Shown: positions 1 through 9,462, counted from the first letter of the stretch. The stretch is DNA of 64,000 bases from an uncultured Candidatus Saccharibacteria bacterium (GCA_964360585.1 CAYHXC010000006.1:8256-72255); one strand, 5' to 3'. Notes: a model not told the origin generated them from the letters alone. Numbers and translations are program-made.

Positions 1-26
1 GAGTTTTCTGTCATACTGTTTTTTCT

Positions 27-335
27 ATGCAAGAATCCATCGGGAAAACGAAAAATGATTCCGTTTGGTATACTTACTGCATGAATAAATGGCTTAAATA
101 TATAGCGATGGCGGTTGTTATCCTTTTACCGTTTGTGGGGTTTTACTTGGGGATGATGTACCAGAGGATGAGTGTTCCGACAGAGAATACCTCAACGATC
201 CCTGAGGACATTTCTATTGACGAGTGTTTAGATCGTGTTGCAGCTAAATCTAAATATTCAGCAAGTAGCACTGAGCGTGCGGCCGAAGAGGCTATATGCT
301 ATAACTCTCCTTTGTCTAATCCCAATATCCAGTAA
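27..335 (+). CDS. hypothetical small membrane protein; the first ~15 codons lie inside repeat family A copy A1
   Basis: ORF track. One TM-like hydrophobic segment (AMAVVILLPFVGFYLGMM). The start ATGCAAGAATCCATCGGGAAAACGAAAAATGAT is the repeat A core. Confidence 0.35.
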   Translation: MQESIGKTKNDSVWYTYCMNKWLKYIAMAVVILLPFVGFYLGMMYQRMSVPTENTSTIPEDISIDECLDRVAAKSKYSASSTERAAEEAICYNSPLSNPNIQ

Positions 336-360
336 GTAGTACGGGGGAACGAACTCGCTA

Positions 361-395
361 AGGAAAACGAAAAATGATTTTGCTTAGTTGGTAAA
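361..395. repeat. repeat family A, truncated copy (A2)
   Basis: GGAAAACGAAAAATGATTTTG core is shared with A1 and A3-A6. Confidence 0.6.
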
Positions 396-424
396 TAAAA
401 AAGAGGACCTTTTTGAGATCCTCT
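392..424 (-). terminator. rho-independent terminator for the minus-strand zinc-ribbon gene
   Basis: Imperfect hairpin AGAGGATC...GGTCCTCT followed by a T-run on the minus strand, directly downstream of the ORF 444..695 stop. Confidence 0.5.
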
Positions 425-443
425 GCAATCTTTGCAACTCGAA

Positions 444-695
444 TCAGTGTTTCATCTTCGACCCGTCGTCAATCACTGCGTCGTCGATAGGCCACAATTC
501 TTCGGGGAGTTTCAGTATAGTTGTTTGGATGTAAACTTCCTTCTTGCATCCCAAACACTGGCCTTGGACCGTACAGTTTGGAGAGGTTTGACCAACGGCA
601 TAGAACACCATGCCCGGCACAACCATTTTCTTTTCCTTGCATTCAGGACAATCAACGAATGACTCTCGCATGCTATCCTCTAGAATCATGAGCAC
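444..695 (-). CDS. small zinc-ribbon protein (CPEC...CLGC)
   Basis: 83 aa with two CxxC pairs and a downstream terminator. The overlapping + ORF 432..662 is judged to be its shadow. Confidence 0.45.
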   Translation of the reverse strand: MLMILEDSMRESFVDCPECKEKKMVVPGMVFYAVGQTSPNCTVQGQCLGCKKEVYIQTTILKLPEELWPIDDAVIDDGSKMKH

Positions 696-793
696 CTCGT
701 TGGCTGTAGGGTAGTATAACTAGCTTAAGATAGGTCTAGCAACTTACAGTAACAATAATGGTTAATAGGATTTTGAGCTTGAAGCTTATCCTA

Positions 794-913
794 TACAAGA
801 ATGTGTTGGGAAAACGAAAAATGATTCTGTTTGGTTTCGGTACAGTTTTAATCGAAAAAGTATCAATGTTTGGGATTAGATGCCCTGTGAACAACTCATT
901 GACTTTTCATGGC
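794..913. repeat. repeat family A, long form (A3), with an outward promoter-like TTGACT-N17/18-TATACT at its 3' end
   Basis: About 120 bp nearly identical to 2857-2968: ...GGGAAAACGAAAAATGATTCTGTTTGGTTTCGGTACAGTTTTAATCGAAAAAGTATCAA...CCTGTGAACAACTCATTGACTTTTCAT. It lies upstream of NYN gene 999..1667. Confidence 0.8.
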
Positions 914-998
914 TTTCTTGTTTATATACTAATGAAAGTCACCTGCGCCTCTCGAAAGGGAGTGTGCAGGTTTTCGTTTTAGGGGTACTATACCCACT

Positions 999-1667
999 AT
1001 GGAACGAGTATCTATCCTTATTGACGGAAGTAATTTCTACCACTTAGTTCTCAAGAAACTTTCCCTAGAAGAGTCTCAGTTTAACTTCGACGCCTTTGCT
1101 AACTTTCTCGCCAACGGTAGAACCATCACTGAGAAAGGAAAGCGATTCTATACCGGCACAGTCAGAGAAAAAGAAGGGGATGCACGTAGTAGAGTAGCAA
1201 TGAGCAAGCAGACAGCTTTTTTTACTAAACTGAGTAAAGTTAACTGGGAGTTGAAAACGAGCAAGCTGAAAATTCGTTTCGAAGAAATTCATATAGATAA
1301 ACGAGTTGTTGAATACAAAGAATTGCAAAAAGCAGGTATTACCAGGATTACCGTCGAGAGATTGAGAGAAAAAGGAATTGATGTGAAATTAGCTACAGAC
1401 TTGATCGTGGGTGCGGTCGACGATCAATATGACACAGCCATTATCGTCAGTTCTGATTCCGATTTGATTCCTGCAATTGATTGGGTACGTTTGAGGAAGA
1501 AAAAGAAAGTTGAGTATATAGGATTCTCCGTTCTCGATGAAAAGAATCCTAAAAACTCAACAAGGCCGTTACTTTCTTTGATTAATAAAACAGATTTGCA
1601 AAGAACTTTAGTGAAATCAGACCTAGATTCGTTTATAGAGAAAAATCTTTTTACTAAACAGGTCTAG
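999..1667 (+). CDS. NYN/LabA-like (PIN-fold) domain protein, predicted RNase
   Basis: The motifs IDGSNFYH, GIDVKLATDL and SSDSDLIPAI are typical of the NYN/LabA family (PF01936). Confidence 0.75.
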   Translation: MERVSILIDGSNFYHLVLKKLSLEESQFNFDAFANFLANGRTITEKGKRFYTGTVREKEGDARSRVAMSKQTAFFTKLSKVNWELKTSKLKIRFEEIHIDKRVVEYKELQKAGITRITVERLREKGIDVKLATDLIVGAVDDQYDTAIIVSSDSDLIPAIDWVRLRKKKKVEYIGFSVLDEKNPKNSTRPLLSLINKTDLQRTLVKSDLDSFIEKNLFTKQV

Positions 1668-1674
1668 TTTTTTG

Positions 1675-1713
1675 ATGCAAGAATCCATCGGGAAAACGAA
1701 AAATGATCCCGTC
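1675..1713. repeat. repeat family A, short form (A4)
   Basis: ATGCAAGAATCCATCGGGAAAACGAAAAATGATCCCG is near-identical to A1 and A5. Confidence 0.8.
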
Positions 1714-1785
1714 TTTTTAATGGCTTTAGAGGGAGGCTATATACATATTTGACTCTCTTTGGTTTTACGAGAAGAATAAGGCGTT

Positions 1786-2304
1786 ATGAATAACCTACCG
1801 GAAGGAGATACTCCTAAGAATATTGCCTATATTGACGCCGCTAATCTAGATCGTGCTCTCCGGGATCAGCTTCATTGGCAGTTGGATTATGCCAAATTTC
1901 GGGTGTGGCTGAAAGAAAAGTACAAAGTTGAAAAAGCCTATATTTTCATTGGTCTCATCCCAAAGTATAAAAACCTGTACACGTATCTTCAGAACTGCGG
2001 TTTCACCCTTGCCTTCAAGGACGTAGTCTTTCAAAATGGGAAGCCAAAAGGGAACTGTGATTCAGATCTCTTGATGCAAGCCTCGAGCGATTTTTATGAA
2101 GGGAGATTAAAAGAAGCTGTTATCGTCGCGAGCGATGGGGATTATGCCCCATTAGTGAGGCTTCTTCATGATAGAAAAAGTTTGCGCGTGATTCTTTCTC
2201 CCACAAATCCCAAACAGTGCTCCCTTCTTTTAAAAAGAACTGGAGCTCCTATTGCCTATATAAAAGACCAAAGATTGATTTTAGAAGTGGCGAAAGGGTC
2301 TTAA
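1786..2304 (+). CDS. NYN/LabA-like domain protein (second paralog)
   Basis: IAYIDAANLDRAL, KGNCDSDL and ASDGDYAPLV match the conserved acidic residues of NYN nucleases. Confidence 0.7.
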   Translation: MNNLPEGDTPKNIAYIDAANLDRALRDQLHWQLDYAKFRVWLKEKYKVEKAYIFIGLIPKYKNLYTYLQNCGFTLAFKDVVFQNGKPKGNCDSDLLMQASSDFYEGRLKEAVIVASDGDYAPLVRLLHDRKSLRVILSPTNPKQCSLLLKRTGAPIAYIKDQRLILEVAKGS

Positions 2305-2482
2305 AATGAAAAGGCCCCCGATGCGTACGGATCGCATAGGGGTCCTCTTCGTGATGAATGCCTTTATACTATAGAGGTTTTTGTGAAAAGTCAATGATCT
2401 TCATGGTGGATAATTTTTGAGGGAAATTCACTGGGTTAATGGGATTTTTGGGATCTACGTTGCCTTTGATCTACTATTCATT

Positions 2483-2522
2483 ATGCAAGAATTTGTTGGG
2501 AAAACGAAAATTGATCCCGCTA
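2483..2522. repeat. repeat family A, short form (A5)
   Basis: ATGCAAGAATTTGTTGGGAAAACGAAAATTGATCCCGC. Confidence 0.8.
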
Positions 2523-2577
2523 CCGCTGGTTGACACTCTGGGGTGGGAGTGGTAGTTTTTCCTTCAGAAGAGGAGGG

Positions 2578-2820
2578 ATGAGGATGTCTTCGTCAGAAGA
2601 TCCGGCTACAGCCAGAAAAAGTGAAGCTATGCGTATAGCGGCCCAAGAAGGTCACTCTATCGGCAACTGGCGCTTAGAAGGAACCACGTGGCATGGTTCT
2701 TGCACGGAAAAGCAATGCTCTGCCAGGGTCTCGGTCGGTGCCGGACCCCACGGCGGTATTGCAGGCCCAACGATTCGTAAGGCTTGTCCGTATAAGTCGA
2801 GATCAACAACAGTACGATAA
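2578..2820 (+). CDS. hypothetical small Cys-containing protein
   Basis: GGAGGG RBS before ATGAGGATG. A stem-loop plus T-run (AACCGAcccggtcttcggagtTCGGTTTTTT) follows the stop. Confidence 0.35.
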   Translation: MRMSSSEDPATARKSEAMRIAAQEGHSIGNWRLEGTTWHGSCTEKQCSARVSVGAGPHGGIAGPTIRKACPYKSRSTTVR

Positions 2821-2856
2821 CCGACCCGGTCTTCGGAGTTCGGTTTTTTCTTTTTG

Positions 2857-2968
2857 TATCCATCGGGAAAACGAAAAATGATTCTGTTTGGTTTCGGTAC
2901 AGTTTTAATCGAAAAAGTATCAAAACCCAGGATAAGATACCTGTGAACAACTCATTGACTTTTCATCC
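2857..2968. repeat. repeat family A, long form (A6), with a TTGACT-N16-TATATA promoter-like 3' end
   Basis: Near-identical to A3 over about 110 bp. Confidence 0.8.
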
Positions 2969-3077
2969 ACGGCTGTATATAGTAAAAATGTGCTTGTGGG
3001 GCGTCAGCCCTATTCGGCTAATACATAAGCCGAAGGCAGGCACTGCAAAGATACCGCTTCATGCGGTGTTTTTGTTT

Positions 3078-3674
3078 TCAATCTTCATCGGGGTTACCTT
3101 TCATCGTAGTATAAAATTTGGTATCTCTGTATTTGTTCGTAGTCCAAGCTGGCACAACACTCCAGAAGTGCATCGTTCCATTATCGCCAATTTTTCTAAT
3201 AATCACTTTAATTTTGCGGTTATCAACTATAGCAATAATGCCCCAGTATTTTACAGGCCGACTTTTCCTTATTCTCTTTTTAAAACTCTTCACTTCAAAT
3301 TCCTTGAGTGTTTCTTCGAATTCTTGATAGGTGGTAGAATTTTTCACCAATTTAGCCGCTAACGGTAATAACTTAAACCTTAGGATTTGAGAGGGCCGTT
3401 CTCTTTCGGAATGAGATCCTTTGAAAACAATGTGATTGAATCCTTCGGCAGTGAAGTAAATCTCTTGATTAAAGGCAGGAGAAAATATTTTCCCAATGCC
3501 ATTGTAGAAACTATGAGCATCGTCTTTCAGTTTTTCGTAGTTCGATATGTCTTCCATTTGAAAGATACTACTGCACTCTGGTATTCCAATCAAACCAGCG
3601 AATAAAGACCTATCCCATATAGAGGAAAAATGAACTACCACGGACTTACGTCCGTGGTTTCCCGTACAGTTCAA
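3078..3674 (-). CDS. hypothetical protein (start uncertain; alternative ATG at 3557)
   Basis: ORF track. No family recognised and no clear RBS. Confidence 0.4.
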   Translation of the reverse strand: MNCTGNHGRKSVVVHFSSIWDRSLFAGLIGIPECSSIFQMEDISNYEKLKDDAHSFYNGIGKIFSPAFNQEIYFTAEGFNHIVFKGSHSERERPSQILRFKLLPLAAKLVKNSTTYQEFEETLKEFEVKSFKKRIRKSRPVKYWGIIAIVDNRKIKVIIRKIGDNGTMHFWSVVPAWTTNKYRDTKFYTTMKGNPDED

Positions 3675-3686
3675 GCTGCGCTTGTC

Positions 3687-3760
3687 CGCCTGTCATTGCG
3701 AGGGAGTAGAAGCGACCGTGGCAATCTAGATTGCTTCGTCATACTCGCAATGACAGGCGG
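3687..3760. repeat. REP-like extragenic palindrome, family GTCATTGCGAG...GTGGCAATCT (R1)
   Basis: ccgcctGTCATTGCGAGggagtagaagcgaccgtgGCAATCTAGATTGCttcgtcataCTCGCAATGACaggcgg. Perfect outer arms and an inner GCAATCTAGATTGC palindrome. Confidence 0.85.
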
Positions 3761-3812
3761 ATATGCCCCTTATCCACGGCCTAACGGCCGTGGTTTTGGC
3801 ATGGAACTTTGG

Positions 3813-3847
3813 CATATAAAAAACGAATGGATTTTGTCCATTCGTTT
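3813..3847 (-). terminator. rho-independent terminator of gene 3855..4349
   Basis: Perfect 11-bp stem AAACGAATGGA/TCCATTCGTTT with a 5-nt loop, followed on the minus strand by TTTTTTATAT. Confidence 0.65.
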
Positions 3848-3854
3848 GAAATTG

Positions 3855-4349
3855 TCAGGGCGGGAGGGGAACGCCTCGTCGGCGGTACTCGGCATAGTAC
3901 ACCTCGCTCACGGCGTCACCTCCGTCAAAGGGGAGCGCTTTCAGCCGGCGATCGAGATCGGCAATTGGCAACTTGGCCAGTTCTTTGGCCAGAGCTTCGA
4001 GATCGGGATCATTGATCGGAATGATGTCCCGTTTCTCGAGGATGTGCGAAGAACCGATTGGGATAAATCCAAGCTTATATTCGGGACCGGAAAGAACCGT
4101 AATTCTTCCTGATGTGTCGGGTATTTCCCCGACCACCGAGAGGGGGAGTACAAAGGCTCGAGTTTTCTTCTCGAACCATAAGTCTCGATCCGTGTCGTAC
4201 CACGCCAACCAAGAGAACTCTACCTTGAGAATTCCTCCGTCAAACGCAATCGAAGCTACCTCTCCTTGGAATTCGGCCACCTTTGGGTTTTTCGTCATGG
4301 CGAACTGTCCGCCAATAAACCGCTGGAGAAACTCATTTGAGAAGATCAT
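3855..4349 (-). CDS. hypothetical protein
   Basis: GGAGGTGG RBS precedes the second ATG (MIFSNEF...). Terminator downstream. Confidence 0.5.
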   Translation of the reverse strand: MIFSNEFLQRFIGGQFAMTKNPKVAEFQGEVASIAFDGGILKVEFSWLAWYDTDRDLWFEKKTRAFVLPLSVVGEIPDTSGRITVLSGPEYKLGFIPIGSSHILEKRDIIPINDPDLEALAKELAKLPIADLDRRLKALPFDGGDAVSEVYYAEYRRRGVPLPP

Positions 4350-4430
4350 GCCACCTCCATGGCTCAAAAGACTATCTCACTTATATGTCTGAAATGGGCT
4401 TCGGTCAATCTAATGTTATTTTCATGAAAG

Positions 4431-4799
4431 ATGAGGTACACTAACGATATGAAAAAATATTTAGTACTGTATCTCATGCTAGCGGCGGGTTTGGCGGAGT
4501 GGGCGAAGAAACCAGCCGAGGAGCGGAAAGCGGCCGAAGATAAGATGCAGAAGGAGTGGCAGGAGTGGGCCGGGAAGCACAAAGATATGATCAAGGAAAC
4601 TGCTGGCGCCGGCGCGACGCAGAAGGTGACGAATGAGGGCGTTTCTCAGATTAAAAACGATGTGATGATGTATTCGATGGTGGAAGCCGAATCGCCGGAA
4701 GTTGTGGCTAAAGCTTTTGAGCACCATCCGCATCTCGGTATTCCCGGCGCCTGGATTGAGATCATGCCCGCGAATGTCTTGCCGGGTATGTCTTCTTGA
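4431..4799 (+). CDS. hypothetical protein with an N-terminal hydrophobic segment
   Basis: ORF track. MKKYLVLYLMLAAGLA is signal-like. Confidence 0.4.
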   Translation: MRYTNDMKKYLVLYLMLAAGLAEWAKKPAEERKAAEDKMQKEWQEWAGKHKDMIKETAGAGATQKVTNEGVSQIKNDVMMYSMVEAESPEVVAKAFEHHPHLGIPGAWIEIMPANVLPGMSS

Positions 4800-4815
4800 T
4801 TTGTGCGTTAACGCA

Positions 4816-4843
4816 TTGACAAAAACAAGAAATTGTGCATAAT
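4816..4843 (+). promoter_or_regulatory. sigma70-like promoter TTGACA-N16-CATAAT
   Basis: Consensus -35 and a good -10 upstream of gene 4905..5321. Confidence 0.5.
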
Positions 4844-4904
4844 AGTGATTAGAACACCAACTTGTAGTCCGGTACAAACCCGGGAGAAAACGGAGGCAGG
4901 TCAC

Positions 4905-5321
4905 ATGAAGACCGTATTGACTGTTCTGACTGTGGGAGATATCGCGAAGATGGCACCGTTGCTGCAAGCAGCAGCCATCTCGCCAGGTACTCTCCTCAGC
5001 AACCTGGAGACGGTCTGGGCACAGATGCCCGCGTTGCACCGTGCTCGATATGCCGAGCAGTTCCCTGAGGCGGTCGAGTTGATTGCCGGCCCCCCACTCA
5101 CGCAAGACCGGTACGATCAGTTGCTGAGAGAGCTCGCTCATGAGATGGGCGTCCCGCCCAATCTCGCGGGCATGCGTGCGCACTGGGGCACGTTGGACGA
5201 AGACGCAAAGGCGTGGCTTCTCTTCGGGCATCCGTTGATCGGAGCCCTCGTCGACAGCGAAGAACGGCCGCCTTACGAGGATCCAACGGTCGTTCCCGAC
5301 CATCATTCCGCGCCGGCCTGA
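4905..5321 (+). CDS. hypothetical protein, GC-rich (about 60%)
   Basis: GGAGG RBS 8 nt before ATG (MKTVLTV...). A consensus promoter lies upstream and a terminator downstream at 5388-5422. Confidence 0.5.
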   Translation: MKTVLTVLTVGDIAKMAPLLQAAAISPGTLLSNLETVWAQMPALHRARYAEQFPEAVELIAGPPLTQDRYDQLLRELAHEMGVPPNLAGMRAHWGTLDEDAKAWLLFGHPLIGALVDSEERPPYEDPTVVPDHHSAPA

Positions 5322-5387
5322 TCGTGGTTCGCACCCCTCCAATCTTTCTAGGACATGGCAGTACCTAGAGAGAATAACTTGCTGCCT

Positions 5388-5422
5388 GGCCCTACGAACT
5401 TTCGTGGGGCCAAACTTTTTTA
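5388..5422 (+). terminator. rho-independent terminator
   Basis: GGCCCTACGaactttCGTGGGGCC followed by a T-run. Confidence 0.55.
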
Positions 5423-5474
5423 TACTTCCTAAAAACTTCCCAATTAGAGAGAAATTCGGTAGTATTGGGGGATT

Positions 5475-7037
5475 ATGTCTGACTCTCATAGATTCAATCT
5501 CGCGACCATGAAAGGCAATAAGCCCTGGGCGGAAGCCGTGGCTGACGCGGTTATTGCGCAACATCCAAACGAAGAGATGTATACGGTGGCGGCGGGGATT
5601 AGTCCATCGGGTGTCGTTCACTTCGGCAACTTTCGGGACATTATGACCGCGCATATGGTCCGCGAAACATTGCAGGCGAAAGGCAAAAAAGCGCGACTCA
5701 TTTTCTCTTGGGACAATTTTGATCGTATGCGCAAAGTGCCGGCGGGCGTGCCGGAGTCCTTTTCAGAACATATAGGAAAACCGCTTTCTAAAGTGCCGGA
5801 TCCTTTCGGCGCGGTAGCTTCCTACGCCGAACATTTCCAGCAGCCGTTTGTCGAGGCCATGAAAAAGTTAGGCATAGAGATTGAGTATCGCAATCAGACG
5901 GAACTTTACGAAAGCGGTGTCTATGACGAAAAGATTAAACTCGCATTGCAACACCGAGAAGAAATCGCCGATGTGCTCCTCTCTTTTATGACCGAGAAAG
6001 CGATGACGGCGAAGGGGATTGATGCCGCCGAGTACCGCAAGAATTTCTATCCGATTTCCATCTACTCGCGATTTACCGGAAAAGATTCAACCAAGATTGT
6101 GTCATATGATGGCGATATGGGAGTGACCTACTACTGCGCCGAGACGAAGAAAAAAGATACGGTGGATTTACGTGAACATCACATTGCCAAATTGAATTGG
6201 AAGATGGACTGGCCAATGCGCTGGCAGTATGAGAATGTTCACTTTGAGCCGGGAGGGAGCGATCACGCCGCGCCTGGGAGCAGTTACGACGTTTCTACCG
6301 TAGTGGCAAAAAAAATCTTTCACATCGAACCGCCGATCTTTGTTGAGTATATGTTTGTGGGCATTCGGGGATTAGGAGCGAAGATGTCCGGTTCAAAAGG
6401 AAATGCGGTTTCGCCACTCGATCTCCTGGATATTTATGATCCGAAATTACTCTTGTGGTTGTACGAACGGAAAGACCCGAACCAGTCATTTGAACTGGCT
6501 TTTGATTCTGAAATTTACCGGCAATACGATGAGTACGATCGTGAACACGAAATTAATCAGGCCGTTTCTTTCCGGCAGTTGGTGGGTTTTGGTCAGATCG
6601 TTCAGTGGCAGGAGGATAAGCTCACGACCATCCTCGATCAACTTACATTGGATTACGATAAAAATGTAATTAGAGAGAGGCTGCCTTTGGCGAAAAGTTG
6701 GCTAGAGAAATACAACGCCGACGAGGCGGTCACTTTACGGAGCGAATCAAATCGAGAGTATATCGAAACACTAAACGAGAAGCAGAAGGCGCTTATTGCG
6801 CGTTTGCATGATGAACTTGCGACCAAACCGGAGGCCAGTATTACTGATCTCGAATTTCTGACCTACCAGATTCCCAAGGATCCGAATGTAGATGAAGCCA
6901 CACTCAAAAAAGAACAGCGGCAGTTTTTCAAAGACGTTTATAATTTGCTGATTGGAAAAGATACCGGACCGAGACTGGGAACGTTTCTCTGGGCTGCTGA
7001 TCGAAAAAAAGTGCTTGAACTCCTGAGCATTGATTAA
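5475..7037 (+). CDS. lysK: lysyl-tRNA synthetase, class I (archaeal type)
   Basis: HIGH-like VHFGNFRD and KMSKS-like KMSGSKGN class I motifs. About 520 aa, which fits class I LysRS. GGGGGA RBS. Confidence 0.8.
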   Translation: MSDSHRFNLATMKGNKPWAEAVADAVIAQHPNEEMYTVAAGISPSGVVHFGNFRDIMTAHMVRETLQAKGKKARLIFSWDNFDRMRKVPAGVPESFSEHIGKPLSKVPDPFGAVASYAEHFQQPFVEAMKKLGIEIEYRNQTELYESGVYDEKIKLALQHREEIADVLLSFMTEKAMTAKGIDAAEYRKNFYPISIYSRFTGKDSTKIVSYDGDMGVTYYCAETKKKDTVDLREHHIAKLNWKMDWPMRWQYENVHFEPGGSDHAAPGSSYDVSTVVAKKIFHIEPPIFVEYMFVGIRGLGAKMSGSKGNAVSPLDLLDIYDPKLLLWLYERKDPNQSFELAFDSEIYRQYDEYDREHEINQAVSFRQLVGFGQIVQWQEDKLTTILDQLTLDYDKNVIRERLPLAKSWLEKYNADEAVTLRSESNREYIETLNEKQKALIARLHDELATKPEASITDLEFLTYQIPKDPNVDEATLKKEQRQFFKDVYNLLIGKDTGPRLGTFLWAADRKKVLELLSID

Positions 7038-7075
7038 GATACTCGAGAAAACCGAGCTTCTCGTTTACAATTAGA

Positions 7076-9145
7076 ATGATGGCAGATATTCCTCCCAAGG
7101 CTCAACGCATGACTGATGTTCGTCCGCCCGAGGCTTCACCGGGCGAAGGCCAGTTGCCAGCTGTTCTTGTTGATCAAAAGCCACAAAAAGAAGTTACTGC
7201 CGAACTTCGCGCGGCGCGAGCGCCCCGAAAAAAACTCAAGCCGCAGTTTCGTTACGCCGTGCATATCTTGATTGTTCTTGTTATTACACTTATCGTTGGG
7301 TTTGGCGTGATGCGGTTCAGTTTTTTAAGCGAGCAGATTTCACGGGCGATTGCCTCGGTTCGCATGATCGCGAAGCAGGGAATGCCGATTGCCAGTTTGC
7401 CGCAAACTGGTTCAGTGGTCTCGAAGGATACTCCCAGTCAGTTTACCTCGCTTCCAACCTCTACCTCGTTCACATCGCTTTTGCGTGGCGCCAGTCTTTC
7501 CGATATCTGGACGGTTTTTGCGCATGGCGGTGAGGCGCTTGGTCGTTTCCAAAAAACAGTTACCGACTATCAGGCCTTAAATACGGAAGTTGATGCTTTC
7601 TTGAATCAAGTTCCCGGTATTTTCCTTTCCAGCCACAAGGAGGGGCCGCTCCCATCATTACGGCGCATTCAGACAAATGTCCGGACGTTCCAGGCGCACA
7701 ATTCTGACCTTTCAACCTCGCTCACGTCGGTCAAGGATGCTTTGCCAATTGATTTTGGCGAGTACTTGGCCATGGGAAAGAGTTTGGATCGCATGTCAGA
7801 TTTTCTCGCGGCAAGCGTGCGATGGCTTGAGAAGCCGCATCATCTCGTCCTCGGATTCCAGAACTCTTCAGAGATGCGGCCATCCGGCGGATTTTTTGGC
7901 AGTTACGCCGAACTTAAAATGGCGAGCGGGACGATCTATGATCTCCAGGTTCACGACGTGACCGAAGCGGACAAAGTTTTTTCGGAGTCCATCGTGCCGC
8001 CCCAACCGCTTCAGTTCGTGACCAAAAACTGGCGCACGGCTGACGCCAACTGGTATTTTGATTTTCCCCACTCGGCTTCGCAAACTTTGGCCTTTTTAAA
8101 AAAATCCAATCTATATGCCTCGAGTACGCCGTTTGACGGATTTATCGCTGTCTCACCCCGGGTGCTTGAGGATGTTTTAAAAATTACCGGATCGATCGAG
8201 CTCAAGGATAGAAACATAACCTTGACCGCCGATAATTTCTTGCGTGAGATTCAGGGAGAGGTGGTTGCCAGTCGGGCGGATTCCGCCACCGCCCCAAAAA
8301 GTATTTTAGGCGAGATTGTTTCGGCGCTCGAGACGAGATTTATAAAACTGCCACCCGAGGATCGATCGGAACTTGCCGGACTTTTTCTTGATTGGGTGCG
8401 GTACAAGGACATCCAGGTTTTTATGACTGATCCTGAATTGCAGTCGCTCGCCCGTTACTTTGGCGCTGATGGCGGTGTGGTTTCAGGCTCGGCCGCACTG
8501 AACACTGAATACTTGGCGCTCGTTGATAGCACAATTGGCGGCGAGAAAACTAATTTGGTTCTCGATCGGACAATTACTTTCCGGGCGCAGATTGAGTCCG
8601 ACGGCAGTGTTCGTCACGAACTGAATATCGTCCGGAAGCATACAGGTGACAAAGAAAAAGAGCGCTGGTACCGCGTTCCGAACAAAACATACTTCCGCGC
8701 ACTCATCACCCCCGGCAGTGCCGTAACTGGCGCGAGTGGTTTTACCGAACGAACTTCGCCGGGACGATCGTATACCAAAGATTACGTTCGTGATTCAGGT
8801 CTGGTGGTCTACGAATCCACAATGAAAAATGTACTTGGCATTCCGTCCATCAAATTGTTTGAAGAGTCAGAGAAGATGAGTGTGGCCGGTTGGATCATAA
8901 CCGAGGTGGGAAAACAAAATAAAATGACGCTGACCTACGATTACCAACTACCGGAGAAACCGGACAACGGGGTGCCGTATCGTTTTGTTTTTGAAAAACA
9001 GGCCGGCACGGAAGGGGATTATAGTTTCGAAATTGACGCGCCGGTCGGCTATCATTTTAAGGAAAACCAACTGCCGATTTTTGAGTACAAGACGGAAGAC
9101 ATTCCAGGGAGGGTGGTGATGGATCTGACATTAGAAAAAATATAA
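7076..9145 (+). CDS. large hypothetical protein with a single N-terminal TM anchor
   Basis: 689 aa ORF with the TM segment HILIVLVITLIVGFGVM near the N-terminus. Family not recognised; a DUF4012-like assignment is possible but unverified. Confidence 0.6.
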   Translation: MMADIPPKAQRMTDVRPPEASPGEGQLPAVLVDQKPQKEVTAELRAARAPRKKLKPQFRYAVHILIVLVITLIVGFGVMRFSFLSEQISRAIASVRMIAKQGMPIASLPQTGSVVSKDTPSQFTSLPTSTSFTSLLRGASLSDIWTVFAHGGEALGRFQKTVTDYQALNTEVDAFLNQVPGIFLSSHKEGPLPSLRRIQTNVRTFQAHNSDLSTSLTSVKDALPIDFGEYLAMGKSLDRMSDFLAASVRWLEKPHHLVLGFQNSSEMRPSGGFFGSYAELKMASGTIYDLQVHDVTEADKVFSESIVPPQPLQFVTKNWRTADANWYFDFPHSASQTLAFLKKSNLYASSTPFDGFIAVSPRVLEDVLKITGSIELKDRNITLTADNFLREIQGEVVASRADSATAPKSILGEIVSALETRFIKLPPEDRSELAGLFLDWVRYKDIQVFMTDPELQSLARYFGADGGVVSGSAALNTEYLALVDSTIGGEKTNLVLDRTITFRAQIESDGSVRHELNIVRKHTGDKEKERWYRVPNKTYFRALITPGSAVTGASGFTERTSPGRSYTKDYVRDSGLVVYESTMKNVLGIPSIKLFEESEKMSVAGWIITEVGKQNKMTLTYDYQLPEKPDNGVPYRFVFEKQAGTEGDYSFEIDAPVGYHFKENQLPIFEYKTEDIPGRVVMDLTLEKI

Positions 9146-9357
9146 TGGACCAGCTAGCTCTCAGCGTTCTTCGTCCCAGCGTTATTCTCCTAGGCTATTT
9201 GCAGTTGATAGCTTGGATTGCCTTTCTTATTTTTCTTTTCCTAGCGTTGATTAAGAAAACTCAGCGAAAAAAGTTTGCTTGGTGTGCTGTAGTAAGCTTT
9301 ATGATAGCGGTATTAGCTTATATAATACCTGGTATGATCGCAGGAGAAACGTTTTAA
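9145..9357 (+). CDS. small membrane protein, translationally coupled (TAATGG overlap)
   Basis: 70 aa with two hydrophobic helices. Its start overlaps the upstream stop codon. Confidence 0.4.
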   Translation: MDQLALSVLRPSVILLGYLQLIAWIAFLIFLFLALIKKTQRKKFAWCAVVSFMIAVLAYIIPGMIAGETF

Positions 9358-9400
9358 AAGTTCATTTGATTATCTCATTACTTACTTAAGTAAGTTTTAT

Positions 9401-9436
9401 AAAAGAAAAACCCGCCAGGTCCGAAGACGTGGCGGG
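9401..9436 (-). terminator. rho-independent terminator (bidirectional-looking)
   Basis: CCCGCCAGGTccgaagACGTGGCGGG flanked by A-runs and T-runs. Confidence 0.6.
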
Positions 9437-9462
9437 GGAGCGGATAGATCTGCTCAGGCTAT

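Noticed and set aside
432-982. + strand ORFs 432..662 and 758..982
   Set aside because: The first is the shadow of the terminator-supported zinc-ribbon gene on the minus strand. The second reads through repeat copy A3.
4479-5654. 391-aa minus-strand ORF
   Set aside because: Arg-rich and low-complexity, antisense to the lysK start and to the GC-rich gene 4905..5321, each of which has its own promoter, RBS and terminator. A typical GC-driven shadow ORF.
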